Assembly: GCA_053919585.1 (NCBI GenBank)
Contig: CM132799.1
DNA length: 64,000 nt
Origin: Euprymna scolopes
Lineage: Eukaryota
Direction: 5' to 3' (one strand)
Below, piece after piece: positions 53,130 to 64,000 of this stretch. The position numbers and the translations under genes were made by a program. Every line of letters starts with the position of its first letter. The first letter of the stretch is position 1. The notes under the pieces were generated by a model, which did no database searches, was not told where the DNA came from, and saw only the letters and a list, made by a program, of their open reading frames with translations.

Positions 53130-53785
53130 CGCTGGAAAAATGGTAGAATTCTCTTACCGCTGCATTAGATATCTTGGTGCTGATGCGATTCTCTATACAA
53201 ACGTCAGGTACGTCCAAGGATGGATCACTGCTGCCACATATGGGAGGGAGCTGTTAGAAATATTTTTTTCTGCCTTGAGTTCAAGATAAACTTCGTAGAC
53301 TAGTAGGCAATGCCCTTTTCTTTCCCCTGCAACCTCTTTCCCACAGAAGAGACGTTGCAAGCATATCTTTGTTTCATCGTTATGTTCATGACAAATGCTT
53401 GTCTGAGCTCAAATCTATGGTCCTCCATCGCCAAACTTTCACGAAAAACACTCGTCCATCTGAAAGTCCTGTCAATAATTTTCCCCACACTTTATCTATG
53501 CCTAAACCTAAACGTATATTCCATGAAAAAGGCTTCTTTCTTAGAACTGCAGGCCTGTGTAACACTCTTCCGTTTGCATGTTTTCCAGATGACTACAATT
53601 TGGTAGTCTTCAAGTCTAACGTAAACAAATTCGTGATGAAACGTTCTTCTTAAGTAATCCAATTTACCAGATTTTTACTAAATACGATTCCTTTGATATT
53701 ATCCCATTGACTGCTGTGCACTCCATAACTTTATTCTCGAGTGGGATTCGGACCCTGATAAGTGATGATTTCTATATAAAAAAAT
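53130..53785 (+). mobile_element. Decayed CR1 3' fragment
   Basis: AGKMV.., QVRPRMDHCCHIWEGA, HRRDVAS, FFLRTAGLCN, FKSNVNKF, then the tail motif and an A-rich end. Confidence 0.92.
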
Positions 53786-54116
53786 ATATATAACCATAAT
53801 AAAAATGACATATAAGAATTCGATAAGAAATTAATGAAAAAAATCCAGGATATTGAGAAATTTGTTGAGTAACGTAGACCGCTTACCAGATATGATACAT
53901 TATGATGTGTTGTTGCACTCGGACAACAGTATCTGCTTTTCTAGAATACAACATAACAATATAAGTTCAAGAATTTCTAATCTAATAATCCCGAATCAAT
54001 GTTGCGTTTAAATACATCTGTTAAATCTAAGATATGAATTATTTTCATTACTATATACTATATAGCGAAGATTAAACTGTATTAGAACGATTATATCTTC
54101 TAAATTGATTTTCCTG

Positions 54117-54273
54117 TATCTATGCCTAAACCTAAACGTATATTCCATGAAAAAGGCCTGCAGTTCTAAGAAAGAAGCCTTTTTCATGGAATATACGTTT
54201 AGGTTTAGGCATAGATAAAGTGTGGGGAAAATTATTGACAGGACTTTCAGATGGACGAGTGTTTTTCGTGAAA
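54117..54273. repeat. Fold-back inverted copy of 53437-53556 forming a 41 bp perfect stem with a 19 nt loop
   Basis: 54154-54273 is the exact reverse complement of 53437-53556. 54117-54157 pairs perfectly with 54177-54217. Confidence 0.92.
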
Positions 54274-54399
54274 ACTGGTGTGACTGGTGTAACATAATAT
54301 AATTACGGCGTTTGCCGCAATCATTGCGGCTTTCTCTACTCAGTATATTTTGCATTTTAATTAACTAACATGTGCCACTTACAATATATATAAGTCCCA

Positions 54400-55494
54400 G
54401 AAAATCCAAATACTTTGTCTTGTATACACAATCATAAAAATAATTCATTTTTCTTCGTTTTCCATATTACTTTCCAGCTCTCTAACCAGTTCTGTGTATT
54501 TACTCCGCTATTCCATCTTCCTAATCATCAGTACGTGGTCTATGGGAACGACAAAATGTACACTATTGCAGAATTGCTCTTTCTTGTTAATTATCATGGC
54601 AGTTGGCTTGTTTGAATGGATATATCTGCTTGTATATTCATGCCCTATAAAATACACTGTATTTCATTTTCGAGTGCAATTTGTCTTGTTCGTCAAGATT
54701 TAGTGGTCTGCACGATTCCCAGTATACTTCTGTCCCTACTTTATCCTGTCTATTTTTACATTTTCTTTACTACATTCGCTTTTTTTGTTGTGTATTGTTT
54801 CGTATCTTTGTCCACAGAGTCTGCATTTACTGTTTTCTTTTATCTTGTTGATCCTTGCTTTGTTGTGATTTGTTCTAAACGTGTTATATTGTGTGGCTGG
54901 TTTTAGGGATTCAATATTTCTGTTTAGATTTAATTTTGTTGCCATGTGGAGATGATTCCCTTAGTCTCATCTGCCACACTTACGAATCATCCATGTAGGT
55001 GTTTTTTTGGAAAATTTTATTTTCATGTCTTATTTTTTGCCTTTTGTTTCATGTGTTTTTTAGTATATTTTGCTGCGAGAAATTATTATTTCGGTATTCT
55101 GCATCATGTATTTGTGTAATAGTTTGCATCATTTACAGCCTTTTATACAGCCCAGTCCTCTTTCTACATCTTTTCTCATAGTGTATGTCAACATCATCTT
55201 TTGAATTAAGTGCATTGAGCATAGTTATGAGTTCTAGTCGTGATGTCTAATTTACTGTTTTGTCTAAACTATAAACGGTCAAAGGTATCTTACTAGTGCT
55301 ACTGCACGTGTTTATACATTTTATTAAGTTCTTTCCATATAGTTTAGTCTCGTGGAGTTTTCTTTTTCTAGTAAGGTGCCCCTTCTCAGATTTCTTTTCT
55401 TATTTCTTTTGCTTTCTGGTGTCTGCTTCCAGAACTCCTAAATACTTGTAGCTATCATTTTCACCGAGTCCCCTCATCTCCACTTTTTAGGTAG
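54400..55494 (-). mobile_element. Decayed restriction-like-endonuclease non-LTR retrotransposon (R4/Dong-like) C-terminal part
   Basis: GLGENDSYKYLGVLEADT, KCRLCGQRYETIHN..SEC (CCHC), then a decayed endonuclease region ending KYTELVREL. Runs into an N gap. Confidence 0.75.
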
Positions 55495-57366
55495 NNNNNN
55501 NNNNNNNNNNNNNNNNNNNNNNNNNNNNNNNNNNNNNNNNNNNNNNNNNNNNNNNNNNNNNNNNNNNNNNNNNNNNNNNNNNNNNNNNNNNNNNNNNNNN
55601 NNNNNNNNNNNNNNNNNNNNNNNNNNNNNNNNNNNNNNNNNNNNNNNNNNNNNNNNATTAGATAGTCTTCTATAAAATGCTACAACAGATCAGTTATAAT
55701 TTTTAATAAACAACGCGACATTTAGTCATATCTGCTCTTATGTTGACACTTTATATTGACGTATTGATGCCACTCGCAAAATAGTAATAATGAGTAAAAT
55801 CAAACTAGAAAACATATTAGATTATATCCCATACTTTACATTAAGAAAACGTTGCGAACTTACAAATATGAGTTAGACAAGTAAATAAATAAAATCTAAT
55901 GGCGTTAAAGTTCGTTTAAGGCATTTTGCAACTGAGTCCAATGTCATTTTAATAATGAAATAAGGTCAAACAATCCGCAGATTTGACAAAATAACAACGA
56001 TATTTTTTTCATTGGAAAACATAAGTGCGACAGGAAAACGAACAAGATATTTAAAGCCTAATCTTTACGTAGTTTAAATGTTGTTCGGAGATGATAATGT
56101 AATAAAGAAAAACGCTAACAAAGATGGCAGGACGCAGCGTGAAACGGAAACTCTTATCTGAGTCAATCTCGCGAAGGAATTTTGAAAATCAAATTTCATT
56201 CCTATCGTAAGATCTTTACACAATAGTAATATTCATCATTTTTTCTTGAACTTTTGTGTTTGTATTGAGTTTATTGCAAACGTGTAATTCATCGCGACAC
56301 GGCTCCATGTGTTTGACGTCAGCCGTATTTGAATCGACCGTTCGTCTCACATAATTGAGAAAGTTGCTTGAAACATTCTTTGCCATATAATATTTTTGAA
56401 CCATAAGTTCATTACGATGACAATGCACGCGCTGTAATTTACTAGCAAACATGTCACAAAACATCATATTTATATGTTTATTTACGAAAGTATTTGAAAC
56501 CAAAACTTTCGGAGAAATACGCAAATGATTACGAAAAAGTTAACATATTAGGTTTGAGGGTTTTTATTTCAATCCGTACTTTCAGAAGAAATTCGATTCT
56601 CGTGTTAGTTTAGAATTTACTGCTGAAATAGAATTGTATTTAGGCATGGACTCCTTTCATTTAGCTTCTAGGAAATTACGTTTAAACACTTCGACATATG
56701 ATCCTACCTTGCAGTGCAAGTAAATATTTCATGCAAAAACTAAATTATTTAATAATTCTTTTCAGCTTATAATATCTACGCTTACTATAAAGTAGTTAAC
56801 ATAGTAGACGTTTAATTTTTCACAGTAATTGTATTCACTATTATATTAATCATAATGCCTATAATTATTACGGGTAATGTTATTCTAATGTCATTAAGCA
56901 TTTTGCTAATATATATTAAGAATCATTATGAGAAATGAAGGCAGAAATTCCAGAATAAAAGAATGATGATACGAGAATGCACATTATACTACCCCTTGAA
57001 AAGCGATAGGAAACAAATGAGCAGATACCAAATAGATAAATTAGNNNNNNNNNNNNNNNNNNNNNNNNNNNNNNNNNNNNNNNNNNNNNNNNNNNNNNNN
57101 NNNNNNNNNNNNNNNNNNNNNNNNNNNNNNNNNNNNNNNNNNNNNNNNNNNNNNNNNNNNNNNNNNNNNNNNNNNNNNNNNNNNNNNNNNNNNNNNTAAT
57201 TTTTAGACGTAGCCTGAGAATAATCATAGAAGTAGCCAAACAAATACTACGAGCTTTTATTCAGACATTCATCTTTTGCAAAAAATAATTATTTATTTAC
57301 TTTAAGAAACTTACTGTATGATTAACGATATTACTAGTTTCAGGCATATAAGTAATACGTTTTCAG

Positions 57367-57367
<1 letters not shown>

Positions 57368-57432
<65 letters not shown>
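57368..57432. repeat. (ATT)n microsatellite
   Basis: Pure trinucleotide run. Confidence 0.95.
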
Positions 57433-57549
57433 GATTTGTATTTTGCTGTGAAAACGTAAAAGTTACAGCAGACGTTGGATTAGAGATTTCCAATTCTTAT
57501 GCAGCAAATCTAGCCTGTTTCCGAGTTCGTTTTTACCATTTTCATTAAT

Positions 57550-57620
<71 letters not shown>

Positions 57621-57621
<1 letters not shown>

Positions 57622-57715
57622 TAACTGTTCAGCCTGGTTTTGCTTGGGCCCTATGTGTTGTTCATAACATTCTGTGCATATGTATATATTAAAAAGTGTG
57701 CATATGTACCGTAAT
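57621..57715 (-). mobile_element. 3' end of a non-autonomous Helitron (family of 11995-12787), interrupted by CR1 and resuming at ~60668-60780
   Basis: ctaactgttcagcctggttttgcttgggccctatgtgttg matches ctaccagtccagccaggctttacctggaccctatgtagtg at 11995. 60676-60770 matches 12419-12500. Confidence 0.6.
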
Positions 57716-59198
57716 GCCTTTCTATATAAAAGGCTTACTTAACTTCCAGGTTGAAACCCAATTACAGGAGACGAAACCGGACATATTATTTCTATGTGAA
57801 ACTGGAATAGGGCCGACCACTTCCCTAGATGAGTTCATAATTAATGGATACTCCAATTTAACAGCTAAATCTGACTCCCAAGATCGCCATGGGCATGGAA
57901 TATGTGCCTACATTAAGGATGGCTTCCCATGTGGCAGGGATATCTCTAGAGAAGATCCTAATTTACCCTATATGTCCTTCAGGGTTGCACTTGCTAACAC
58001 CACTGCATTTATATTTGCCCTCTATAGGCCCCACAACAGCGGAGTTACTATCTTTAAGAGCATATCTGAGAAAATAGACCACATACTGTCTTCACATCCC
58101 TCGGCTAACATCCACATCTGTGGTGACTTCAACGTCCATAACGTGGAATGGCTGATCCATTCAAATAAGACAGATAATGAGGGGAGGTTTTGTCATGATT
58201 TTGCCATTGCTTATGACCTCACTCAGATTGTTCGCGAACCCACCCGTGTGCCCGATACACCCAATCAATATGCAAGCCTCTTAGACCTTTTTCTTTCAAC
58301 TTCCCCTGAGCTATGTTCATGTACCGTTCATTCTCCTTTAGGATCCTCCGACCACTCCGTCGTATCAGTTAAGATAAAAACAAAGTGTAAGAAGCCATCA
58401 GACGTACCCCTCCACCGTACTGTATACCGATACTCTATGGCTAACTGGGATAGCTTCCGTACATTCATATCTGATTTACCTCTGCACTCCATGTTTAAAA
58501 AGGAAGTGTCCTCTATAGTATCAGATCTGACCGAATGGTTAATTGTAGGCATAGACCAATTCATACCATCAAAAAAATTCCAACAAAAACCTAACAGCCA
58601 GCCATGGTTCTCCCCAGAATGTGCTGCTGCTATCGCGCACAGAAATCACTTTTTCCATAACTACCAACGTAATAGATGCACTGAGACTAAAGCTGCTTTC
58701 AGGACTGCCAGCAACCACTGTAAAAGAGTAATAAAAAATGCAAGAGAGCTATATGCCCAGTCTGTTAAATCCAAGGTAGCTTATCAGCGGCTTGGTTCCC
58801 ACCAGTTTTGGCAAATAACAAATAGGATCCTGAACAGAAGTGTGCGTTCTATCCCAACCATTATCAATGGACCAGAGGTTATCTCCTCAGCGTCAGACAA
58901 GGCCAAACTATTTGCAAAGAACTTTGCAGCTAATTCTACCCTATGCGACAAAGGCCATCAACTCCCCATATTTCCTCCTATAACACAGAACAAGCTAGGT
59001 AATATACAAATATCCGTGCATGAGGTCGCCAAGCTAATAAAAAACCTAGATTCCAGTAAAGCAACTGGCCCTGATGGCATCCCAATTATAGTGTTAAAAA
59101 AGCTTCAACGAGAACTTGCTCCCATACTTACGAAACTATTTAAGCGCTGCCTTAAGGAGAAGTGCTTTCCGACCCCCTGGAAGACCTCATCAGTTTGA
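57696..59198 (+). CDS. CR1 ORF2 N-part: APE endonuclease + linker (ends at a premature TGA)
   Basis: KPDILFLCET, ALYRP, ICGDFNVH, PTR, LDLFLS, LGSSDH, PWFSPEC, KATGPDGI. The first few codons derive from flanking sequence. Confidence 0.9.
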   Translation: MCICTVMPFYIKGLLNFQVETQLQETKPDILFLCETGIGPTTSLDEFIINGYSNLTAKSDSQDRHGHGICAYIKDGFPCGRDISREDPNLPYMSFRVALANTTAFIFALYRPHNSGVTIFKSISEKIDHILSSHPSANIHICGDFNVHNVEWLIHSNKTDNEGRFCHDFAIAYDLTQIVREPTRVPDTPNQYASLLDLFLSTSPELCSCTVHSPLGSSDHSVVSVKIKTKCKKPSDVPLHRTVYRYSMANWDSFRTFISDLPLHSMFKKEVSSIVSDLTEWLIVGIDQFIPSKKFQQKPNSQPWFSPECAAAIAHRNHFFHNYQRNRCTETKAAFRTASNHCKRVIKNARELYAQSVKSKVAYQRLGSHQFWQITNRILNRSVRSIPTIINGPEVISSASDKAKLFAKNFAANSTLCDKGHQLPIFPPITQNKLGNIQISVHEVAKLIKNLDSSKATGPDGIPIIVLKKLQRELAPILTKLFKRCLKEKCFPTPWKTSSV

Positions 59199-60667
59199 CC
59201 TGTATTTAAGAATTCAGGTGATAAGTCATCTCCCTCTCAATACAGACCAATAAGTCTTCTCTGTGTTATGAGTAAGTTACTGGAATCAATATTAAATAGA
59301 GAAATAGTCAACCACCTCAGCAGAAACAACCTTCTTAGTGACACACAATATGGTTTCCGCTCTGCAAGATCTACCGCAGATGTGCTGACGGTTATATCCC
59401 ACAGGATTAGTGAATCTCTTGACAAAGGCTTCCTTTCTAGGGCAATTGCTCTTGACATATCAAAGGCCTTTGACAAAGTATGGCATAAGGGTCTACTTCA
59501 CAAGATTTCCAGCTACGGTATAACTGGAAATGTTTTCTCAATCATTAAATCATTTCTCTCCGATAGGCTCATAAGAGTAGTGGTAGATGGACAAAAATTG
59601 GAGGCCTGCAATATAAATGCTGGAGTCCCTCAGGGGTCGATCCTCGGCCCAACTCTCTTCCTGATCTACATCAATGACCTCCCTAAACACATACTTAACT
59701 CATTCGTTGACATCTATGTTGATGACACGACCATCTACGGCAACACATCAAAGGCTGTAAATGACGAAGTTCTCTCGGATTCTCTCTCCTCTGATCTCGA
59801 GCGCGTGGTTCAGTCGGGGAAGATGTGGCTAGTTACCTTTAATGCATCTAAAACCAAACTCCTATCCTTACATCATCAACGCTCTGATCCCCAGCTGGCA
59901 TCAATTGTGATGGATGGCTCTCGTCTGGGTGAGGCCCCGTGTTTTGACAAGCTTCTAGGTGTGACCTTTACTCCTGATCTGAAATGGAACACGTACATCA
60001 AGTCTGTTGCCAAGGTCGCAGGAAAGATGGTGGGATCCTTCTACCGCTCCAGAAGATATCTCACTACTGATGCAATTCTCTATCTATATAAAAGCCAAGT
60101 ACGGCCAAGGATGGAATACTGTTGCCATATCTGGGCAGGAGCTGCCAAAAACAGCCTATCATGCCTTGACAGAGTACAAAATAGACTTCGTGGTTTAGTG
60201 GGGGATGCCCTTTTCTCTACCCTGCAACCCCTCTCCCACAGAAGAGACGTTGCGAGCCTATCCTTGTTTTATCGTTATTTTCATGGCAGGTGCTCGTCTG
60301 AACTCCAATCCCTGGTCCCCCCTCGCCAAACTTTCACGAAAAACACCCGTCTAGCTGAATCCACTGTGAAAAATTCCCCCCACTCTATATCTGTGCCTAA
60401 ATCAAAACGCGGATTCCATGAGCAAAGCTTCTTTCTTAGAACTGCACGCCTGTGGAACTCTGTTCCGTCTGCCTGCTTCCCATCTGACTACAACTTGGAT
60501 GTCTTCAAGTCTAATGTTAACAAATTCCTAATGAACCGCCCCCCTAATTAAACACTTCATAAAATCTCCTCACTAACGTCATGTACTTGAAATAACCCTT
60601 ATCCCTGAGTGGCTTCCGGGCCTTGATAAGTGGTGATCACTGTGTAAAAAAAACAAAAAAAAAAAAA
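57722..60667 (+). mobile_element. Near-intact CR1-clade LINE (whole ORF2, no ORF1), with 3' UTR and poly(A)
   Basis: APE-RT ORF2, conserved tail motif at 60593-60636 and A-tail at 60646-60667. Confidence 0.96.
59268..60551 (+). CDS. CR1 ORF2 C-part: reverse transcriptase (same frame as 57696-59198)
   Basis: QYGFRSARST, ALDISKAFDKVWH, GVPQGSILGPTLF, YVDD, RPRMEYCCHIWAGA, RLWNS. Confidence 0.92.
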   Translation: MSKLLESILNREIVNHLSRNNLLSDTQYGFRSARSTADVLTVISHRISESLDKGFLSRAIALDISKAFDKVWHKGLLHKISSYGITGNVFSIIKSFLSDRLIRVVVDGQKLEACNINAGVPQGSILGPTLFLIYINDLPKHILNSFVDIYVDDTTIYGNTSKAVNDEVLSDSLSSDLERVVQSGKMWLVTFNASKTKLLSLHHQRSDPQLASIVMDGSRLGEAPCFDKLLGVTFTPDLKWNTYIKSVAKVAGKMVGSFYRSRRYLTTDAILYLYKSQVRPRMEYCCHIWAGAAKNSLSCLDRVQNRLRGLVGDALFSTLQPLSHRRDVASLSLFYRYFHGRCSSELQSLVPPRQTFTKNTRLAESTVKNSPHSISVPKSKRGFHEQSFFLRTARLWNSVPSACFPSDYNLDVFKSNVNKFLMNRPPN

Positions 60668-61459
60668 CTACCATACGAAACATTGGTAGAGAGCAGAGGC
60701 CAACTATTCTAAAAATTTGCCCTTAATTCCGACCCCTTTAATATTTATTGTTTTTGGATCCAATATAATAATAAACCTGTAAAGTAAAGCATAGTGGACT
60801 TAAAAGTTCGCTTGAAACTGCAATTCAAATAATGGAATAAGAATGAGAACACTTTTTTGAAAAGGTTTTGCAATAGTACTGTATTATTTGCAAAATACTA
60901 ATATGCCGCAAATAATAAACCGACTGCAAACGAATCATTTACCGGAGAGGAAAAGAAAGCAGCAACTTTAGGTAACGTTGGAAGTAACAGTCTGTCTAAT
61001 ATCTCGGTGGATTCTGAATGATGCGCTGGGTCGTTGCCTAAATTTGATTTAAAAAAGCAAATATGCATTAAAATTAACTGTTTATTTTAATAATTGCAGA
61101 GAATATAGTTAATGGTTTTTAAACCCGTAGCGTAAGGTGCATTTTGGGCCTCTTTAAGTTTAAGTATCCTACACTTAGCAGACATAACGTAACCAAATCG
61201 TGCAATACAGAGAAAGCAGAAACCGCTTCAACTCTATGTAGTGAAATACGAACTGAAGAAATTCACGTGGCTAACATTGTAGTAGCTTATTTTATCTGTT
61301 GTTATTCACGGAAGAAAAGTGTAAGCATATTTGTTTACAACGGGGTTACACGTACTAAGGTCCGAATGCTACTCAAGGATAAAGTTTAATGTATGTACAG
61401 AGGGCATTAGTATAGCAGTATAGTAAATTTATTGATATAATTAGATTATTTACAAGGGT

Positions 61460-61790
61460 GGTTCAATAAGTACTTGCTTATGTTGGACTGAAAAATGTGG
61501 TAATAAGGTTAGAAGCAGACCAGTGTAACAGAGTTCCACAGGCGGATAGTTCTTGGAAAAAAACTATGTCGATGAAATCTACATTAAGTTTAAAGTATCT
61601 ATAGAAAGTGAGTTGATTCATTTATAAAGTTTTGGAGTAGAGGAATTTTTTATGTGAAATATGGCGATGGAAAGAGCAATAGAATGGGTCTCCGTCGAGC
61701 AATTGCCATGAAAAGTAAGTTATAGCAAGAAGAAGCTCGTAGCCTTTATTCTGTGGATTAGAGATTGCAGCGTAAAGAAAAGTCGATCGC
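61460..61790 (-). mobile_element. Old CR1-like 3' remnant
   Basis: The minus strand reads LQSLIHRIK.., FHGNCSTE, FHRHSFFPRTIRLWNS. Confidence 0.65.
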
Positions 61791-62179
61791 CTACTAAATT
61801 ATTAAGTCGGTTTGTGACTCTGTCAAAACAGGATGAGTTACTCCAAGTAGTTTCTGTCCATATGTGTAGAAAATTGTATAGTCAAAGTGTTTCGAACACA
61901 AATAATGCGAAAAAAAAAAGAGAAATACATACATTTTTGCATTGCCATTTTCGTGAAAATATGTCAACTCTTTTGTAACATTGTAAATATTTTGGGGGTA
62001 ATATTTTATTGACTTCTGCAAAATATTTTTTAGTTCAAAAATTTGTAAGCATTGCCGCAAAAAAGATTAATGATTTTGCAGTATTGTAAGTCAACCTAAT
62101 CAATTTATCATCATACAATCGTTGTCCACAAAGATAATGTACATGTGCATAGCAACGCACGCCAAACACATATTCACAT

Positions 62180-64000
62180 ATATATAATGGACTCTCCCGT
62201 CGTGTTCGACGCATGAGGGCCAAAAATTCGCTCTGTTTCACTTTGCCTTCAATGCTTGTGCTACATGTGTGACACGAGACCAGCTCTGCTCCCAGAAACC
62301 AAGCCGCACGACTCACAGGATACAGGCTGGGTAGGTGCTGTTCCTACTCTTGATATACGAAGATTTGTTTGATTCGATAGCCGTGTGTCAATGTATGTGT
62401 TAATGCCCGCAAAACATTTTCCCTCCACAATGTTCTATCCGCAGCATCTTCTTTAAAGCTTTTAGGGTTCAAGCCTGCGTGCTTAAGATTGTCTTTCAGC
62501 TTATCCCTGTACCTCAGAAATGGACGACTCACATTTCGGTTACCCTCTTTCAGTTGAATGTATGTTAGTTGCTTAGGAAGACGGTTTTCATCCATGCGAA
62601 CAAGGTAACCAGCCCCCCGAAGCTGAGACTTCATCAGGAAGACCCTAATACTTAAAATATCGCACCTAGCAAACAATCCCGAGTTAGGGGGCTTGTCTAT
62701 ACATGTTAATCCACATATACTGCGAAAGCAACGCTTATGGAATGTATCCAGTTGCTCAATCTGCCTACCGTATGGGGTCCAGGCTTCCGATTCATACAGG
62801 AGTATCGAAACAATCACTGCACGATAAACTGAGATTTTTGTCTTTAGAGTCAAACCTCTTTCATTCAATACTCTTGACCGCAGTTTGCTGAAGGCATCAG
62901 TCGCCTTTGAAATTCTGCTCAATATCTCATCACCAAGTGATGCTGACGAATTCACCTTACTTCCGAGATATGCAAATAATTTTACATACTTTAGAGGCTG
63001 TCTATTCATTAAGATGTTCTTGGCGGTTCCACATAATCTGGTCTTGGAATATTCACACAACCTTGCTGCAACGGGGTGGGCTTGGTTGGTAGATTACTTC
63101 TGTCTTTTTAATACTAATCGTCAAACCAAATGCTTTTGCGGAAAACTTGTCAACTAATTCTTGTGCTTCTTAAAATGAAGTGGCCACGAGTGCAGAATCG
63201 TCTGCAAAAAGAAAATCACGAACCATTTTGCTTCTTGTTAGTGCTTTAGCTTTGAATCTTTGATGATTAAAAAGCCCCCCAGGAGTTCTAAACTCAAAAT
63301 GGACACGTTGCCTGTAATCCTTTAAAGCATGCTCGAGCATGATTGAAAAGAAGATGGCAAAGAGCACAGGTGCTATTACACAACCCTGTTTCGTATCGGT
63401 TTTACCTTGACTGACTCAGAGAACTTTCCGTCTGCTCTTACACGTGTCTCTATATTCTCGTGAAAGGATATTATTACATTTAACATTTTTCAGGGATTCC
63501 AACTTTATTCAAAACCTTTCAAAGTGTGACTCTGTTGACAGAGTCAAACGCCTTGGTAATGTCGATAAAAACGACAAACAGATCCTGATTTTTTTTTCTC
63601 AAGTGCCTTCTCTGCAACTTGGCGTAAACAGTAGATCATGTCGATGGTTCCCCTTCCAGATTTCAAACCACACTGCGTCTTAGGATAAATTTTGTCAACT
63701 AGATGAATGATTATCCTGTTAAAAATGACCCTGGCTAGTACTTTTCCAGCCACAGAGAGCAGTGATATTCCACGGTAGTTATCACTATCAATGGCCTTTC
63801 CTTTATTCTTGGAGAGATAGCTTATTGAGGAGTTCCTGAAATCCTGAGGTACAGAACCGCTTTCACAGATACTGATGAATAATTCAAACAGTTTTTTTCA
63901 AAGGTGTGTTCCCCCCAAACTTTAATATTTCAGCCGGTATACCATCATCACCTCCACACTTTCTCAGTAGCCTTTTGTTTTACAGCTGCGACAACTTCAG
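62180..64000 (-). mobile_element. Decayed RTE-clade LINE (RT to 3' end), runs off the window
   Basis: NYRGISLLSVAGKVLARVIFNR, QCG.KSGRGTIDMIY, KQGCVIAPVLFAIFFS, DFLFADD, FAYLGS, TKISVYRAVIVSILLY.SEAW, GYLVRMDENRLPKQL. Confidence 0.92.

Noticed and set aside
57311-57548. Poly-Ile and YI-repeat ORFs (also 23111-23576, 33383-33565, 34262-34430)
   Set aside because: These are translations of (ATT)n and (TA)n microsatellites.
59196-59198. In-frame TGA at a Cys position as selenocysteine or readthrough
   Set aside because: A single substitution from TGY explains it, the sister copy has Cys, and I see no SECIS-type motif in the short 3' UTR.

Overview
AT-rich, microsatellite-rich eukaryotic (invertebrate-like) genomic DNA with six N gaps and no host protein-coding gene that I can support. 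The window is a transposon graveyard. (1) A 2.8 kb orphan rDNA pseudogene (3034-5810) from a strongly divergent rDNA, in which the 18S-3'/ITS1/5.8S/ITS2/28S-5' block is inverted relative to the 18S middle. (2) A ~15 kb decayed Gypsy LTR retrotransposon (35707-50899) with both LTRs and a possible env-like third ORF. Its integrase is split by a Chapaev3 DNA transposon (TTA TSD), whose transposase is in turn split by a head-to-tail pair of CR1 LINEs. (3) A near-intact CR1 APE-RT ORF2 with one in-frame stop, inserted into a non-autonomous Helitron. (4) Decayed RTE, R4/Dong-like, Penelope, further CR1 and Gypsy remnants, several non-autonomous Helitrons and a Tc1/mariner-type MITE. Smaller oddities are a perfect fold-back templated copy of a neighbouring CR1 fragment and a CCAAT + perfect DR5 promoter-like island. 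I found no convincing new biological system. All alignments and translations outside the ORF track were done by eye, so identities and some boundaries are approximate.
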